Assembly: GCA_030704615.1 (NCBI GenBank)
Contig: CM060734.1
Span: 24,242,001-24,306,000, forward strand
From: Takakia lepidozioides
Taxonomy: Eukaryota > Plantae > Bryophyta
Direction of reading: 5' to 3'
DNA length: 64,000 nucleotides
The position numbers and the translations under genes are program-made. This document shows, in pieces, positions 23,310 through 36,886 of the stretch. Under the pieces are notes generated by a model. It was not told where the DNA came from. It saw only the letters and a program-made list of their open reading frames with translations, and did no database searches. Each line of letters starts with the position of its first letter. Position 1 is the first letter of the stretch.

Positions 23310-25835
23310 CTCGTGGCTAACAAAGCTTAAGGAAGCCAATAATCGGGCTGCTGCTATGCGAATTTGTTGAACTCATGCAAAGCGTATGGAGGCTTTACAA
23401 ACCGCAGTTAGATGTTGTACAAACAAAGAGAGGAGCACACTCTCTGAGGAACCACAAGCAACTTGTGGATAACCACCTTATGCAGGTCTGGTTAGCACAA
23501 GGGCCATTGGAGGGCAAAGCACCACGAAAGCTCACCCAAAGCGAGATGAATGAGCCAGACTGCAAGTGCAGAACATTGCCACAACTACTATAGACAATGT
23601 CCTATAGTAGTATAGCGGATTACAGGAGGATATAGAGGACTGCAGACTCAAGTGGAGGACCTCACTTCAAATATCGACAAAAGAGTCTATATTCCTCAGG
23701 AACGCTAATGGCTTCTTATTCAAGCCAGAACGTTGGCTTTCAGTCTTCACAGGAGGCAGAAAATGCCAATGATCAAGAGCCGTACCACCAACACCACACA
23801 ACACGTCACTATACCAGTAGCTGAACCTGTTGTTACTACAACCACACCGCAGCCACCACAATCCTGCCGGTATGGGGCAATGCTGCTTTTAACCCACCTA
23901 AAACTCCAGCTGCAAGGAGTACATTAGGGCTATGATTATGCCCTTCAACCAAATTCCATCATGTTGGATTTGCTTGGAAAGAATTTCGTCCTCCGCAGTC
24001 CCCATTCGCACATTACTACCAAATCATGCGCATTTGGCTGCCAGTGGCAACTAGACTAAAGTTTCTTCCGAACAATCGACCAATTGAGGATCATCACTTG
24101 GCACAGTACTGGCACGAAGCAGGTACCATGTGAGGAATTAATTGCTTTCCAAGTTGTACATGATTCATTTATACCAAGACCAAGGAGGTAGCAAGTATTG
24201 TCATGGGAGGCGGGTTTATACTACGTTGCTTGTTTTTTGGCACGTTATCACATTGAGCAGCAAAAGATTCAAGCACGCTTTTCTGAGTTATTCCAGTGGG
24301 GATCATTGTGGTCTATTCTTCGGTGCCACCTCATATGTACCTATATGACCCAAAAGTTTATGATGCAAAAGGATTCTCAAATTCGTTCTGTTTCAAGCGG
24401 CCTGGAACAATTTGTCAACACAGAAATTCGGCATTGATGATATTTTCTTAAGGGACATGTGGCATGGAAATACTTGCAACGCTACACAACAACCAGTAAT
24501 TGGTACCCCCCACTCACCTGGACGACAAGGAGCTCAGTGTCTACACCAATTTTGCTGTTCAACGGATTAACAGCAGTTTGTCAAATATAAACTTCCAGAC
24601 ATGGTAGGACAACATTGTATGCCCCAGAGGATTCCACAAAAAATTCAAAAATTAAAACACCTGAGAGGCGATGAGGATTCTGATACAACTGTTTCTTCAC
24701 ACCACCGAATTCTTTTTGACATGGAGAAGACTATGCAATTCAGATGGGCGAGAAGAAGCGACGGGGGTCTCCTATGCCTGAAAGGTCTCTCAATATCAGC
24801 CTCCAGAGGGCCTCACTTATCCAGGTAGTGATCACCATCTCTCCCTCAACCAGAGACAGACCTCGAGCTCGTACACACATTCCGCCACGAAACTCTCAAC
24901 GTCAGAAAGGTGCTCACTCGCAAAGGTTTGCTAATCGCAATCAGTAAACCGTGAGACACGGCTTTTTGAGGGGGAAGGGGTAATGTTATAGACTGTCTGG
25001 GACTTAGACACTTATACGGGATCTGTAGGGTACCCTTAATTTTGCACAGACTGAGACCAACAGGAGCCTTAGGGGTGACCACAGCGCACTGTAGGAGGGG
25101 GGTTACACAGCCCGTCACAGCCCACACAGCCATCACAGTCGTCACAACATGCCCACACAGCAACACAGACAACAGCCCGTCACAGCCCACACAAGCCCGT
25201 CACAGTCGTCATCACCAGCCCACACAGCCAACACAGCCCTCACAGTCGCACAGCCAGTCACAGCCCGTCACAGTTTCACACAAGCCAGTCACAGCTTGAC
25301 ACAGCTGTCACGACCATAGGGAACGGAGAGCAGGACAGGAACGACTGTGGGAAACAACACCTCTGCAAATGGAACATGTTAGTTCACGGACGACGGTTAG
25401 TGAGGAAAACGGTTAGAGCCACGTAGGAAAAAAAGGGAGAAGCAAGGACGGAATAGGGGGATTCTGGGAAGCACTGCAGGGGGAGGACTTCGGGGTCATG
25501 CATGGGAGGAGACGGAAGCCAAGATGGAGAGCGCAGTGAAGGATGAAAGAGGATTAGTAGATGCTCGTTATATGCAAAGCGTAGTGATATAGTAGAGCAG
25601 ATTAGAGCACAATGGCTTCGGCCCTGATACCTGATAAATCCTAATCGGTACTTATACGATACAATCACACTGTTTAGAGAGATCTGAGTGAAGCTGTGAA
25701 TGAATGGATGAGTTGATGGAATCCAATAGATTGATAAAGCAAACTGATACTTTATTTTCAATGGTAAGGTAGCTAACATGAATGCCAACAGGGAAACAAA
25801 TAGGAAACACCCCCCTGAGTAAAAGCAGCGCGACA
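23310..25835 (+). mobile_element. 3' end of a non-chromoviral Ty3/gypsy element: degenerate 3' region, PPT (24968-24980), 3' LTR (24984-25835)
   Basis: GAGGGGGAAGGGG then TGTTATAG...GCGCGACA; LTR homologous to 29034-30003 with a ~110 bp deletion. Confidence 0.85.
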
Positions 25836-25989
25836 CTTACCACTAAGGATGTAGCCTGCAACGGATTACATCCATCCTGGACGTTACCCTAATGATTTAA
25901 CCTAAGAGGATGTAACTCTAATGAAGTGCAAATTTCATCCCAGTGGATGAAATCGCGGGATGGTTTGCTAACCGCCTCTCTGCCCTAAG

Positions 25990-27839
25990 CACGGCACGAT
26001 ACTCGTGCTTGTTTTCTCTGGAGGATGGCGATGGCGGCTGAGCTGAGTGCTCCAGCATCACGATGCGCGTGCATTTTGTTTTTTCTTGCGCGATGGCAAC
26101 AGACTCTTCCATTTCCCGCACTGGCAAATGACCTATTGCTGTGTTTGCCTGCAATCTTTCTTATTCGTGAAGCAGCGGCGCTCATAAGGTGATGGGGGAA
26201 GTATCATGCACTTTGTAAATATGCAATTTGTCCTCAAGTATCCCAATTTGTTGCATTCTGCTGTGATCTCTTGAGATTCAGGTGTTGATGCCGCAGCGTC
26301 CCACTCCACAAACGATTAAAGTTCTTTGTGGTGTCGCATCTATGTTTTACTTTTGATCAATTTGCTCACTGTAGAATGCATGTTGGACATGGATAGCAAC
26401 TGTGAAGACCTGCTACTCACCTCGTGCATCCTCACTGACACACATCTTGATGTGGTGGTTTTTGGGACGGGCACAGGTGAGGGTCTTTCACTGGATGTGT
26501 ATTTTTTCAGTTTGCAGATGATCAAAGGACTTGGCGATGGTGACGATTGACGCTACATACTGCTTCAGTGGGGCATCTGATACGATTCGGCCTCTCAACC
26601 TTAATCCTTTTTTGTTTTTATGGGTTGTAACCTGATTATAAGTCAGTTTTCTGGTATGATACCAGTCTTAAACTTTGGCACCATATATTAGTGGGGTTTC
26701 AACCTGATTGTAAATCAGTTTTCTGGCATGATACCAGTCTGAGCTTCGGGTGCATTTTGATATGGTGCTGGAGTACCATCTCCAGACCTTATAAGGCTAT
26801 CCAATGATGCTTAAGATAGGCCTTCTTATGCTGATTTAACACAGTAAGTACCAAGCGATACTTTTTGAACATTGAGGTCAGAGTTCTAAATTTAAAACAG
26901 CCCTGGTTACACTGTTCTAACTTGGAGATTACCAAGCAGCTAGCGTGATGGCTTTTCAGATTACATAACACCTGTTTTAAGGTTGCGAACCATCCTTTGA
27001 ATTTGAAACAGGTTCAGTTTTACTATGTTAAACTGGAAAGTACCAAGCTGTACTTGACTTGGAAGAATACCAAGCAGTGGTCTTGTTGGCTTTTTCAAAA
27101 TACATAGGGGCTGGTTTAACTTATCAAACTAGCCTTTTGGAATACCCTTTGAGCTGGTGTTGTCTATAAAGTTCTGATTATGCTCATTGTAGCACTCCAC
27201 TCTGATTGAGTTTTGGAGATCGATGATTGGAAAACCAGATCCAGACCTTTGTGCATTCATGGAACATAGACATAGCATGCTGGCTGGTCTACATTATCAG
27301 GCTGGGCTCTTGGAATTGCAACACCTGCAACTCATTCTCAAAGGCTCAAGTGTTTATGTTGATCTGGTATGTACCAAAGGTGGTGGTTTGTCCCGATTGT
27401 TTTATAAGAAAAACAAGACTCCTTCAATGATGAATGACATCTGAATCTAGGGCGATGGTTGTCTTGGAAATCCCACCTCCCACCCTAATTTTTTTTTTCA
27501 TGTGTTTTCAGGAAGATGACACGAGTTTTTTATCAGGTAAGATACTGCCTATGGAAGGTGAAGTTAGATAGTGCCTTGTTATGAGGCTGATTTGTCGTTG
27601 ATTTGACAAGACCTTGTTTGGTCTTGTCCATGTCCCGACAAGACATAGTATCTTCCCTCTCTATTCTTGACCAGTGTACTCAGTGGTTTCTGTACACACA
27701 CTCTCTCTCTCTCTCTCTCTCACCTGCCATTTTCCAGTTTTCTTACTATGATGTACTAACACCTTTAATGGAAAGCCACGGGGTATCAGCCCCCTATACC
27801 CTCCATAACAATAGTGTGGAGCAACAAATCCCTCATAAG
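25990..27839 (+). other. Possible spliced host transcript fragment, product unrecognised
   Basis: Several pyrimidine-tract AG/GT-bounded short segments (e.g. ~27512-27536 and ~27738-27839, FSYYDVLTPLMESH...); no recognisable domain. Confidence 0.25.
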
Positions 27840-29895
27840 GTATGATGATCCTCTCCGACAAAAATTTGTTGGCGGATTGGACAACGAGAGAAAGGCATTG
27901 CTTTGAAGAACATCCAAGGGTTTCTTGCATACTGATATTATGAGCTAGGCCCGGGTAAAACAGCCTGTTAGAGTATGTGTGTACACCTTCTACATGATCC
28001 GGTCAATGCACATTACTCCTGTTAACTGGTAACCTGTAGTTGATGCCTTATGTCAGCATCAGATCCCTTATGATGAAAAGCCTTCCCTACTCGTGGGCTT
28101 TAATACTTCTCCTGGATGTGGGTTTGCTCTTTATAGCACCACTAAAAAAATGCCCAGGTGTAACGTGATATGTCCTTTCACATACCTTAAGGAATCTGGT
28201 TTTAAAACCATAAAGCTGGCTGATATGGTGAAAAGATGGGCAGCAGATTGCTGCCAATGTTTTTATTCACATGTTCATGTTGTGAATCACGGGCAGTAGA
28301 CTACTGCCACTGGCTGAAGAAAACACAAGTTCTTATTCATACCTTTGAAAAAATGGTTCTAACCATAAAGTTGGCTGATATGGTGGAAAAATGTGCAGTA
28401 ATTTACTGCCATCGGTTGAAGAACACCTGTAATTTATGAACTCTTGCGTGCCCCAGCTATATGAATTTTTGTCCATATAATTTTCTCTTGACTTGGGAAG
28501 CAGAGACTGTAGCTTTTTAACCAAAGATAAAACTACATCACACGGAGATTCTTCCTTGGTCTCTACTTCTTTACAAGAGCTTGTTGACAAGATAAGAGGT
28601 AAGACGGAAAATGCATGACTCTATATTCTTGCCAAGTTTGATTTATGCTATGTCAATGTTCACTCGTGATCTGAGGGCAGAGAGAATGTAGACCTTTTAT
28701 CTTTTTTGGTATTCAAGTCCAAGGACATAACTACATTGTAGAGGGAGAGCCTTATGAGAATGGGTCCGGTATGCACTCCCTTACGGGGTGAGTGCATACC
28801 ACACTCACTCCATAAGGGACTGCCCATACCAGGGGTTGGATGGTGGCGCCCCCCTCCTCCCTCTCTCTCCAATTATCTGTTTGGGATTAACAATTATTTT
28901 CCTAAGCCTACCTGGTTTGGAAATACCCTTCTTTCTAATCCCTAATGGAATATGTTTTGGAATTCATCCATACCGGATAAAAAATATGCCAGGTATAATC
29001 CCTAACTGGATGAATTATTGTCTCGAGCCTTACTGTTAGAGGACTGTCTGGGACTTAGACACTTATACGGGATCTGTAGGGTACCCTTAATTTTTGCACA
29101 GACTGAGACCAACAGGAGCCTTAGGGGTGACATCAGCGCACTGTAGAGGGGGGTTACACAGCCCGTCACAGCCCACACAGCCGTCACAGTCGTCACAAGC
29201 CGACACAGCAGCCAACACAGCCCGTCACAGCCGACAAAGCCGACACAGCCGACACCACCCGTCACAGTCGTCACAGCCGACACAGCCAACACAGCCCATC
29301 ACAGTCGCACAGCCAGTCACAGCCCATCACAGTTTCACACAGCCAGTCACAGCTTGACACAGCTGTCACGACCATAGGGAATGGAGAGCAGGATAGGGAA
29401 CGACTGTGGGAACAACACCTGCAAATGGAACATGTTAGTTCATGGACGACGGTAGTGAGGAAAACGGTTAGAGCCACGGGTAGGAAGAAAAAGGGAGAAG
29501 CAAGGACGGAATAGGGGGATTCTGGGAAGCACGGAAGGGGGAGGACTTCGGGGTCATGCATGGGAGAGATCGGAAGCCAGATGGAGAGCGCAGTGAAGGA
29601 GGAAAGAGGATTAGTAGATGCTCGTTATATGCAAAGCGGTAGTGATATAGTAGAGCAGATTAGAGACACAATGGCTTCGGCCTGATACCTGATAAATCCT
29701 AATCGGATACTTATACGATACAATCACACTGTGTAGAGAGATCTGAGTGAAGCTGTGGAATGAATGGATGAGTTGATGGAATCCAATAGATTGATAAAGC
29801 AAACTGATACTTAATTATCAATGGTAAGGTAGCTAACATGAATGCCAAAAGGGAAACAAATAGGAAACACCCCCATGATACACTAGCTGTAGGTC

Positions 29896-30591
29896 ATGAC
29901 TGATTGTTCTGCGCGGGCTGAGTACTTAGAGATTTCCAACTTTTCTATCTTGGAGTTTCCGCCTCGGATAGCGAAGGGATGGGTGAGTAAAAGCTGCGCG
30001 ACATTTGGCGACCATACTGGGGAACTGAGTCATGAACAACCAGATGTGATAGGCATCTGGTGGGATCATGGTGGTTGGACCATTAAAGAATTTGAAGTGA
30101 ATCAAATTCCCTGTGGAACGAAGGAAGAAAGATTGTCCAAACAATTCTTTCAAAGGTTCTTGGAATTGCCAGACGGTTGTAAAGAAAATATTCTTAAGCG
30201 AGTGCATGATGCTGATCCGGAATGGGGTCTGGAGAAAGGAGTGATAAAGATTTATCAGGTAGCCTGTAGAGGAAGAGCACGTTGGTTACCAACATTGGTT
30301 TATGTGATAGCATTGCTATCCATTAAGCGAGTAGAGTTTGAAGGCTGGGAGGAAAGAAAAGTGAATGTTTATACTCATATGCATGAAGAGCTTGTACTGG
30401 TAAAGAATTGGATTCCAAAGGATATTTTGTGGATCAAACTCACACCAAGAACAGCTTTCCAGACTTGTTTGCCATATGGTTATATGGTAACGGGGACTTC
30501 AAGTATAGCCAAGGGTGCATTGAAGCTTGAAAGAAACCCAGGCATATACGAGAGATATTACAGAAGAGAGTTATGGTTATTGCCACATTAA
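29896..30591 (+). CDS. Extra 5' ORF upstream of gag, function unknown
   Basis: 231-codon open frame; homologous frame open in G3 (37750-38391); start codon uncertain. Confidence 0.55.
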   Translation: MTDCSARAEYLEISNFSILEFPPRIAKGWVSKSCATFGDHTGELSHEQPDVIGIWWDHGGWTIKEFEVNQIPCGTKEERLSKQFFQRFLELPDGCKENILKRVHDADPEWGLEKGVIKIYQVACRGRARWLPTLVYVIALLSIKRVEFEGWEERKVNVYTHMHEELVLVKNWIPKDILWIKLTPRTAFQTCLPYGYMVTGTSSIAKGALKLERNPGIYERYYRRELWLLPH

Positions 30592-30611
30592 AAGAATGAA
30601 AGACATGGGAC

Positions 30612-33600
30612 ATGAGTGATGAAAGAGAAGCTAGACGCCAGAGATATTCAGCAAAAAGAGAAAGCTATCTGAAAGCTAATTATCCATATCTTTGGGAGAG
30701 AGGAATAGACATAGGGGAATCATCTGGACCTCTCACACCATTAAGATCAAAGAGTACATCACCTATACCGGAAGAACTAGAGTTGGATGCCACTCCTTCT
30801 GTTTCTTTGCAAGAAAGATTAAGGGAATTGGTACAGGAAGAAGATCAATCACGAGGTGAAAGATCTGAGGTACATCCTTGAATAAAAGATTTGACAGAAA
30901 TCTTTGATAAGAGTTGGCATGGAACACCAAAAGCAGGAACTCCAGTTTCTGAAGCAGAAGGTGAAGAAGGAGAAGAGGATGTGGCAGAGCCAACGGAGAG
31001 TTCAGACTCTCCAACACCATTACAGTTGAGTTACATGAGTGAAGAAGAAACCCAAAGGCAGAACTTGGAGGATGAAAACAGAGAGAAGAAATTGGAAGAG
31101 GAAGAATATGAAGAAGTAGACCCAACAGCTGAGGTTGAGACTACAACCAGGACATCCCAACCCGTTGGACCTGGATCAAGTGGAGCACTTGGATCACAGG
31201 CCAACGAAGGTGTCGGCTCAGGGGGATCAGGCGGGCGGCCTGGATCTAGCTCTGGGGGGACAGGAGTGTGGGAAGTAGTGCAACTGAAGCTGGGAATACT
31301 GTGAATATAGTGGGGCTAGAAGCAGGGAGTGCTCAAGGGCCACCACTTGGTGGAAGATCCACCACAAAAACAACAGGTCCAGAAGGACTAGCACCAATAA
31401 GGGTGCCAGCACGGGCAGAAGGTAGGGCCACAGATGGCGTTACAACCAACACGGGCAAAACCACCATTTCCAATATATTCAGAAAAAGGGGATCCCGATG
31501 TACACATTAGCCAATTTGAGCACATGTGTATAGTGAACAATGAGAATGGTGATGATGCCAAGATGAGATTGTTTCCTTGTTCACTCATCAAGAAAGCAAG
31601 TGAATGGTATGCAAGATTCCCTGATAATCATTTCCTAACCTGGAATGGCTTGAGTACAGCATTTCGAAATAGGTTCAGGACAAGTAAAACTGAAGATGAA
31701 GTGTATGGAAGTTTACAACAATTAAAGCAAAAGAAGCATGAAACTGTTGAGGAGTATATGGAAAAGATGGAATTGATGATGAAAAAGCTGGCTGCAGTAC
31801 CAGCACCCGGTTTACAGAAGACTTGGTTTGTGAGTGGACTAAGACCAGAGTTGCAAAAGAAAGTGGATATGTTACCCCATAATACAGTGGAGGAGGCATT
31901 TGAAACTGCAAACAGAATTGAGCAATTGGGAATGCTCAGGAGAGAGAAAAGAGATGATGAGGACTCTGAGGATGAGTCAGATGAAGAAGAAGAGCAAGAA
32001 CTAAAAAGGAAGAGTAAGAGAAAGGAGAAGTTGAAGAGGGATAACTATGAAAAAAGATTGGAAGAAATCTTGAAGAAATATGCCACAGAGGCTGCAACAC
32101 ATTGGAGGAAGGGTGTATGGTGTGCAAAGTGCCAGAATGAAGGCCATACCACCACAGAATGCCACATGAGGGAGAAACACTGTACTATCTGTAAAATGGA
32201 TAACCATTCTACTGAGAATTGTTACTACAACAGAAGGACAGCTGCAAGAGAACCTAGGCAAGTAAGGGTGCATCGGGTGCAGCCCCAGCCAAGAAGAAAC
32301 AATGATCAGGACCACTATGGTAGGTCTGGTGGTTATAACAATGGCATGGAAGGGAGAGGTAATTCAAGAGGGAATTACCAAGGAAATTCCAGAGGCAACT
32401 ATCAGGGTAATCCAAGGGGAATTATCAGCCCGGGAATCAGGATTATAGAAATAATCCAAGAACAGACCAAGGGCGAGGACCCAATGGTGAAGAACTATGT
32501 TACTATTGTAATCAGCCAGGACATCGCAGGCAGCCTGTTCATTCTGGATAAGACACCAGAATGAGATGAGAGCTCCTGTGAATGAGGGCCCAGTGGTGGC
32601 AACTCACATGGTTAGACCATGTGTTGTACCAGAAGTAAGTACAATGATAGTAACAAGAAGTAAAACCAAACTAATACCTCCAGTGGTAGAGGAAGAAGAT
32701 GATAATGAAGGTGGCAATGATATGCCTGAAGATGAAGAGACTTGGAAAGATGAGAAGGAACTGCACAAGGAAGTGGCAAATACTATAAGGGAAATGCAGA
32801 AGAGTACTGATATTCCTGTGACAGATTCCTCTGATTCTGATGGAGAAGAGAAGGGAGTGAGGAAGAAAGGAAGAAAGAAGATGCAGACATGCAAAGTAAT
32901 GAAGAGACTTTGGCTGAAGTAATATGCCAGACCAAAGCAGAAATTACCATTGGACAGCTATTAGCAGTGGCACCTTATTGTAGGCACAGGCTGTATCAAG
33001 CAATCAATCGAATTGCCCAGGAGACAGGAAACACAGACCTGAACAGCAAGGTGACCAGTTATAATGTGAAGCCGGAAGGGCGAGAAACAGTCATGGACTT
33101 TGATGATTCTATGCCAGTAATCCAATTGAGAATTGGAAGCACAGAACTAACTGATGTACTGATAGATGGAGGTTCTGGAGTAAATATCATGACAGACCAA
33201 TTAAGGAAGAAGCTTGGTCTAAGTAACATGAAACCAGCCCCATTTACAGTAACAATGGCAGATCAAAGAAGTGTACAGCCATTGGGATTGATAAGAGGAG
33301 TTAAGATACAGATACAGAAGATGATCTTTATGATCACAGTAACTGTATTGAAGATGGATGAAGTCATGGAGGCTTACTCCTTATTATTGGGACGTCCGTG
33401 GCTGAAATAGGCCAGGGTATTCCATGACTGGAATTCTCAGTTACTAACCGTGCATAATGGGATACACGAGATACAAATTACCACAAAGAAATCTAGTAGA
33501 TTACCTGCTACAAGAAGACCTCGAGGAGTCAGAGAGTATGACTGGAAAGGAGGACTGGATGAGGAACAGGAAGCTACCCTATTTGCTGCACACCCAGAGT

Positions 33601-34543
33601 GGGAGCAGGTTGCAGAGATGCGGCTGGAAAGCCTAAGTTGTTTGAGAGGTATCTACTGTGGTGTAGTGACAGCAACACCAACTGAAGAAGAAACCAGCAT
33701 TTACCCATCACATTTCTATGAAGAAAGAGAAGGAGAAATAGAAATCCTAGAAGAACCAGCCACTGTGAGCTTACAGGATGAAGTGGTGACTGGTTGGACA
33801 ATCACAGCTGATGAGCAGGTGAGGGAAGTAAATGTGGGAACTAAAGAGGAACCAAGGATGGTGAAAGTAGGAGCTGATTTGGAGCCGGAATTCTTCGAAG
33901 AAGCTAAAAGCTTGTTCATCAAATACAGAGATGTATTTGCTTGGAGCTATGAGGATCTAAAAGGGATACCACCTGAAGTCTGTCAGCATAAGATTGAACT
34001 GGAACCAGGGTCAGTACCAATCAAGCAGGCGAGGTATAGAATGAATCCCAACTACGCACAGAAGGTTGGAGAAGAGATAAAGAAGTTGGCTGAGGCTAAG
34101 TTTATATACCCAATAGAGTATACAACTTGGTTGTCACCCATAGTTATAGTTCCCAAGAAGAATGGCAAACTAAGAGAATGTGTGAACTATAAGAAGCTGA
34201 ATGCTTGTACGAAGAAAGATCCTTTCCCTTTGCCATTCACAGAAGCAGTATTAGACACTGTGGCAGGCCATGAGATGTACTCATTCATGGATGGCTTCAG
34301 TGGTTATAATCAAGTGCAAGTGGCAGAAGAAGACCAAGGGAAAACAGCTTTCATCAGAGACTGGGGGGCTTATGCATACAAAGTCATGCCCTTTGGACTT
34401 TGTAATGCACCAGCAACCTTTCAGAGAGTGATAAGTGAATCTTTTCATGAGTATCTGGATGATTTCATGCAGGTATTCTTGGATGATTTCAGTGTGTACA
34501 GCTCTAAGAATGAGCACTTGCATAAATTGGAGTTATGTTTGAC
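30612..34543 (+). pseudogene. gag-pol: G2 gag-pol (gag, three zinc knuckles, protease, partial RT)
   Basis: LKQKKHETVEEY; CAKCQNEGH..C and CTICKMDNH..C; VLIDGGSGVN; MDGFSGYNQ; MPFGLCNAP; FLDD; stops and frameshifts. Confidence 0.92.
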
Positions 34544-36886
34544 GTGAACAAGTAGGACTTCCTCATAGCCTTTCAAATTGCATGTTGTGCGCATTTCAAG
34601 TCCAAACGTTAAATATTTCTTACCTATGCAATGTGTATTCCCTGTTTGCAGATCAACAGAGAAATCACATGTTACTACGAGCTTGGTCCACACACTATTC
34701 CGCATTCAGAGAATTGGTTTGATGAAGCTTGATGAGTTCCGCACAATGCTACATCCTGATGTCATCAAGAAGTGCGAAACAGGAAGATCTGCAGGGACCT
34801 GGTACTCGTTGACCCGAGATGCATTCTTGGAGTACATGTATGCGGTATGGCCCAAACCACTTCTTCCTATGTTATTACATACAAATTTGCAATTGTATGT
34901 CTGCTAATCCAATCGTTGATACTTGCAGCAAGAACTAGCAGAGGCCGCCGAGAGGGGGAAATCTGAGTATTGAGACGAGGGGCTTACCCTACGCCCTTCG
35001 ATTATTTGGTCGCCGAGCGCGCAGCCGGCCACCACTTGCACCGCCGCCTCCTCGTGATGTCGATATTCCACGTCCATCACCAGTACGCTCTAGCTAGTCC
35101 AGCTCCACCTCCTCCACCTTTTGATCCTCATCCATCTGTATCTCCTCCTCGTCCAGTTTCCACTAGTACCCCGGTCCATGTAGAGTCACCTGTACCACCT
35201 CCACTTTGCATCACTCCACGATCCATGAGTCACCTCTACCACCTCCACTTTGCACTAGTACTGCACCGGCCCATGGGTCACCTCTATCACATCCAATTTG
35301 CACTAGTACAACAGCCCACGAGTCACATCTACTTTCGAGTCCACCCCATGCACAATCACCTCCCAGCTGCTCACCTGATCAGTCACATATCACTCCACCT
35401 CCTAGTTCACATCACCAGTCACCCCAACATATTCGGACAGCTGCCCCTTCCCAATCCCAGGCCCCCATAGGTGTCTCACGTGCACGTCCCACCCGGACCC
35501 CTAGGAAGTGTAGGCCACCACCGGTACTTGAGGTACGACGGCCCAATGATCCTAGGGTTACTGACAAGGAGTATAGGATGATGTTGCAGACACCATTCAT
35601 GCCTAGCCTTTGGCGTGCACTAGTGCCTCCGGTCCCTATTCCTCAAAGCCAACCATTTCAGTTTTGGGGTCGGCGATATTGTGTGAAAGCCGCCACCAAC
35701 CCTTCCATGGCGGAAGAGCTGAGGACTGCTAAAGGAGTTGGAGCAGCCATAAAGAAGGAGTACGAGATAAGGAGAACAAAGCTGATGTCGGCCTTCCTGA
35801 AGCAATTGAGAATAGTGGATCCCGGACTTGGGGAGGAGTTCCTTCTCCAAATAAAATCCCACTACGACAAGCATGTACATCCAGAGATGCAACAGGAGAA
35901 ATTGCACAGGCAAGCTCTCTCTATGGTTGACAACCAGACAAAAGTGAGATGGCTTGAGATTTGGAACTCGGATCAGACGGTGAAGGATCTGAATCAGTTC
36001 CCAAAAAGCACAATCCAGCCTGGCACCAAGGTCGAGGGAATAAGTGATATTGTTTTTGATCAGTGGCTTCACAAGGCCACATTTTGGAATCAAGTATTTG
36101 TGGATTCAAGTACCTGTTGTATATGAAATATCCTATAGCTTTGTCATGCGCAAGTCTGATACATGTTCCCATTGTAGCTGGAGAAACGCGCCATTCTTGT
36201 CCTGGAGCAGAATTTGAAGGACTTGAATATTTCGATGGTCTCACCACCACAGATGACCTTGGAGGCGTACATTGGAAAGTGGAAAGGTCTCACGTGGCAG
36301 TACTGTTTCTTCCGAGAGTTCTCCAAGGATGGCAACATATTGAGGTCGAACGATTTCGACAGTCAAGTTGGAGGGGAGTGGGCGATGATGCGTGTTGTGT
36401 ACAGGTGTAGTGCCTTATGCCTATCCAGCACATTCTTTAAACTTTTGTCATGCCTCATTGAGAAAAGCTTTGTATTTCTTTTCTGCTACACAACAGTATG
36501 GGTCGGTACCGATCATCACATCCACTGCTATGATATTCTCCAGTCAAACAGTTCTCACTGCTGATCATGTCTTTGTTTCCATCCTTAATCCTGCCTCTGT
36601 TATCATAGGCAGTCTGTTTCTGATGAATGAAGTGATGGTCGGTGCCGACCATCACATTTCCCATTTGTGTAGTCTACATAATCATAAGGATTTGCCAACC
36701 CATGTTGCATTCTCTCTCATGTGAAAGTGATGATCGCCACCGATCATCACTTTCGTCTGCTTTCTGATATCTTGTTTTGGGGGATGGTGTTTGTTTGAGC
36801 CTCCGCAAGTACACTAAATATGTGTTGATGGAAGGAAAATACCTGAGTGGAATCCTAGATTACCTGGACATGTGGTCCGACCCTGC
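34541..36886 (+). pseudogene. Internal exons and introns of cargo gene copy C (ParB-MTase family)
   Basis: Exons STEKSHVTTSLVHTLFRI...TWYSLTRDAFLEYMY, KLMSAF...EKLHR...KVRWLEIWNSD...FDQWLHKATFW, MTLEAYIGKWK...AMMRVVY; same introns as copies A and B; starts at a deletion junction and ends at the G3 LTR. Confidence 0.85.
36496..36754. repeat. Three intronic palindromes, consensus GTGATGRTCGGYRCCGAYCATCAC
   Basis: 36496-36519; 36632-36655 (11-bp perfect arms); 36723-36754 (14-bp perfect arms). Confidence 0.85.

Larger units (their letters stand above)
29034..34543 (+). mobile_element. Non-chromoviral (Athila/Tat/Phygy-like) Ty3/gypsy element G2, truncated in RT; LTR 29034-30003
   Basis: TG...CA LTR; PBS TGGCGACCATACTGGGGA (30006-30023, tRNA-Arg-like); gag, protease and RT follow. 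Confidence 0.92.

Noticed and set aside
22662-23370. ORFs of 170-220 aa
   Set aside because: Artefacts of the 500-N gap.
26628-28430. Short local duplications (~72 bp at 26628/26701, ~155 bp at 28207/28362) and a (CT)n tract at ~27702
   Set aside because: Ordinary intronic or intergenic duplications with no further structure.
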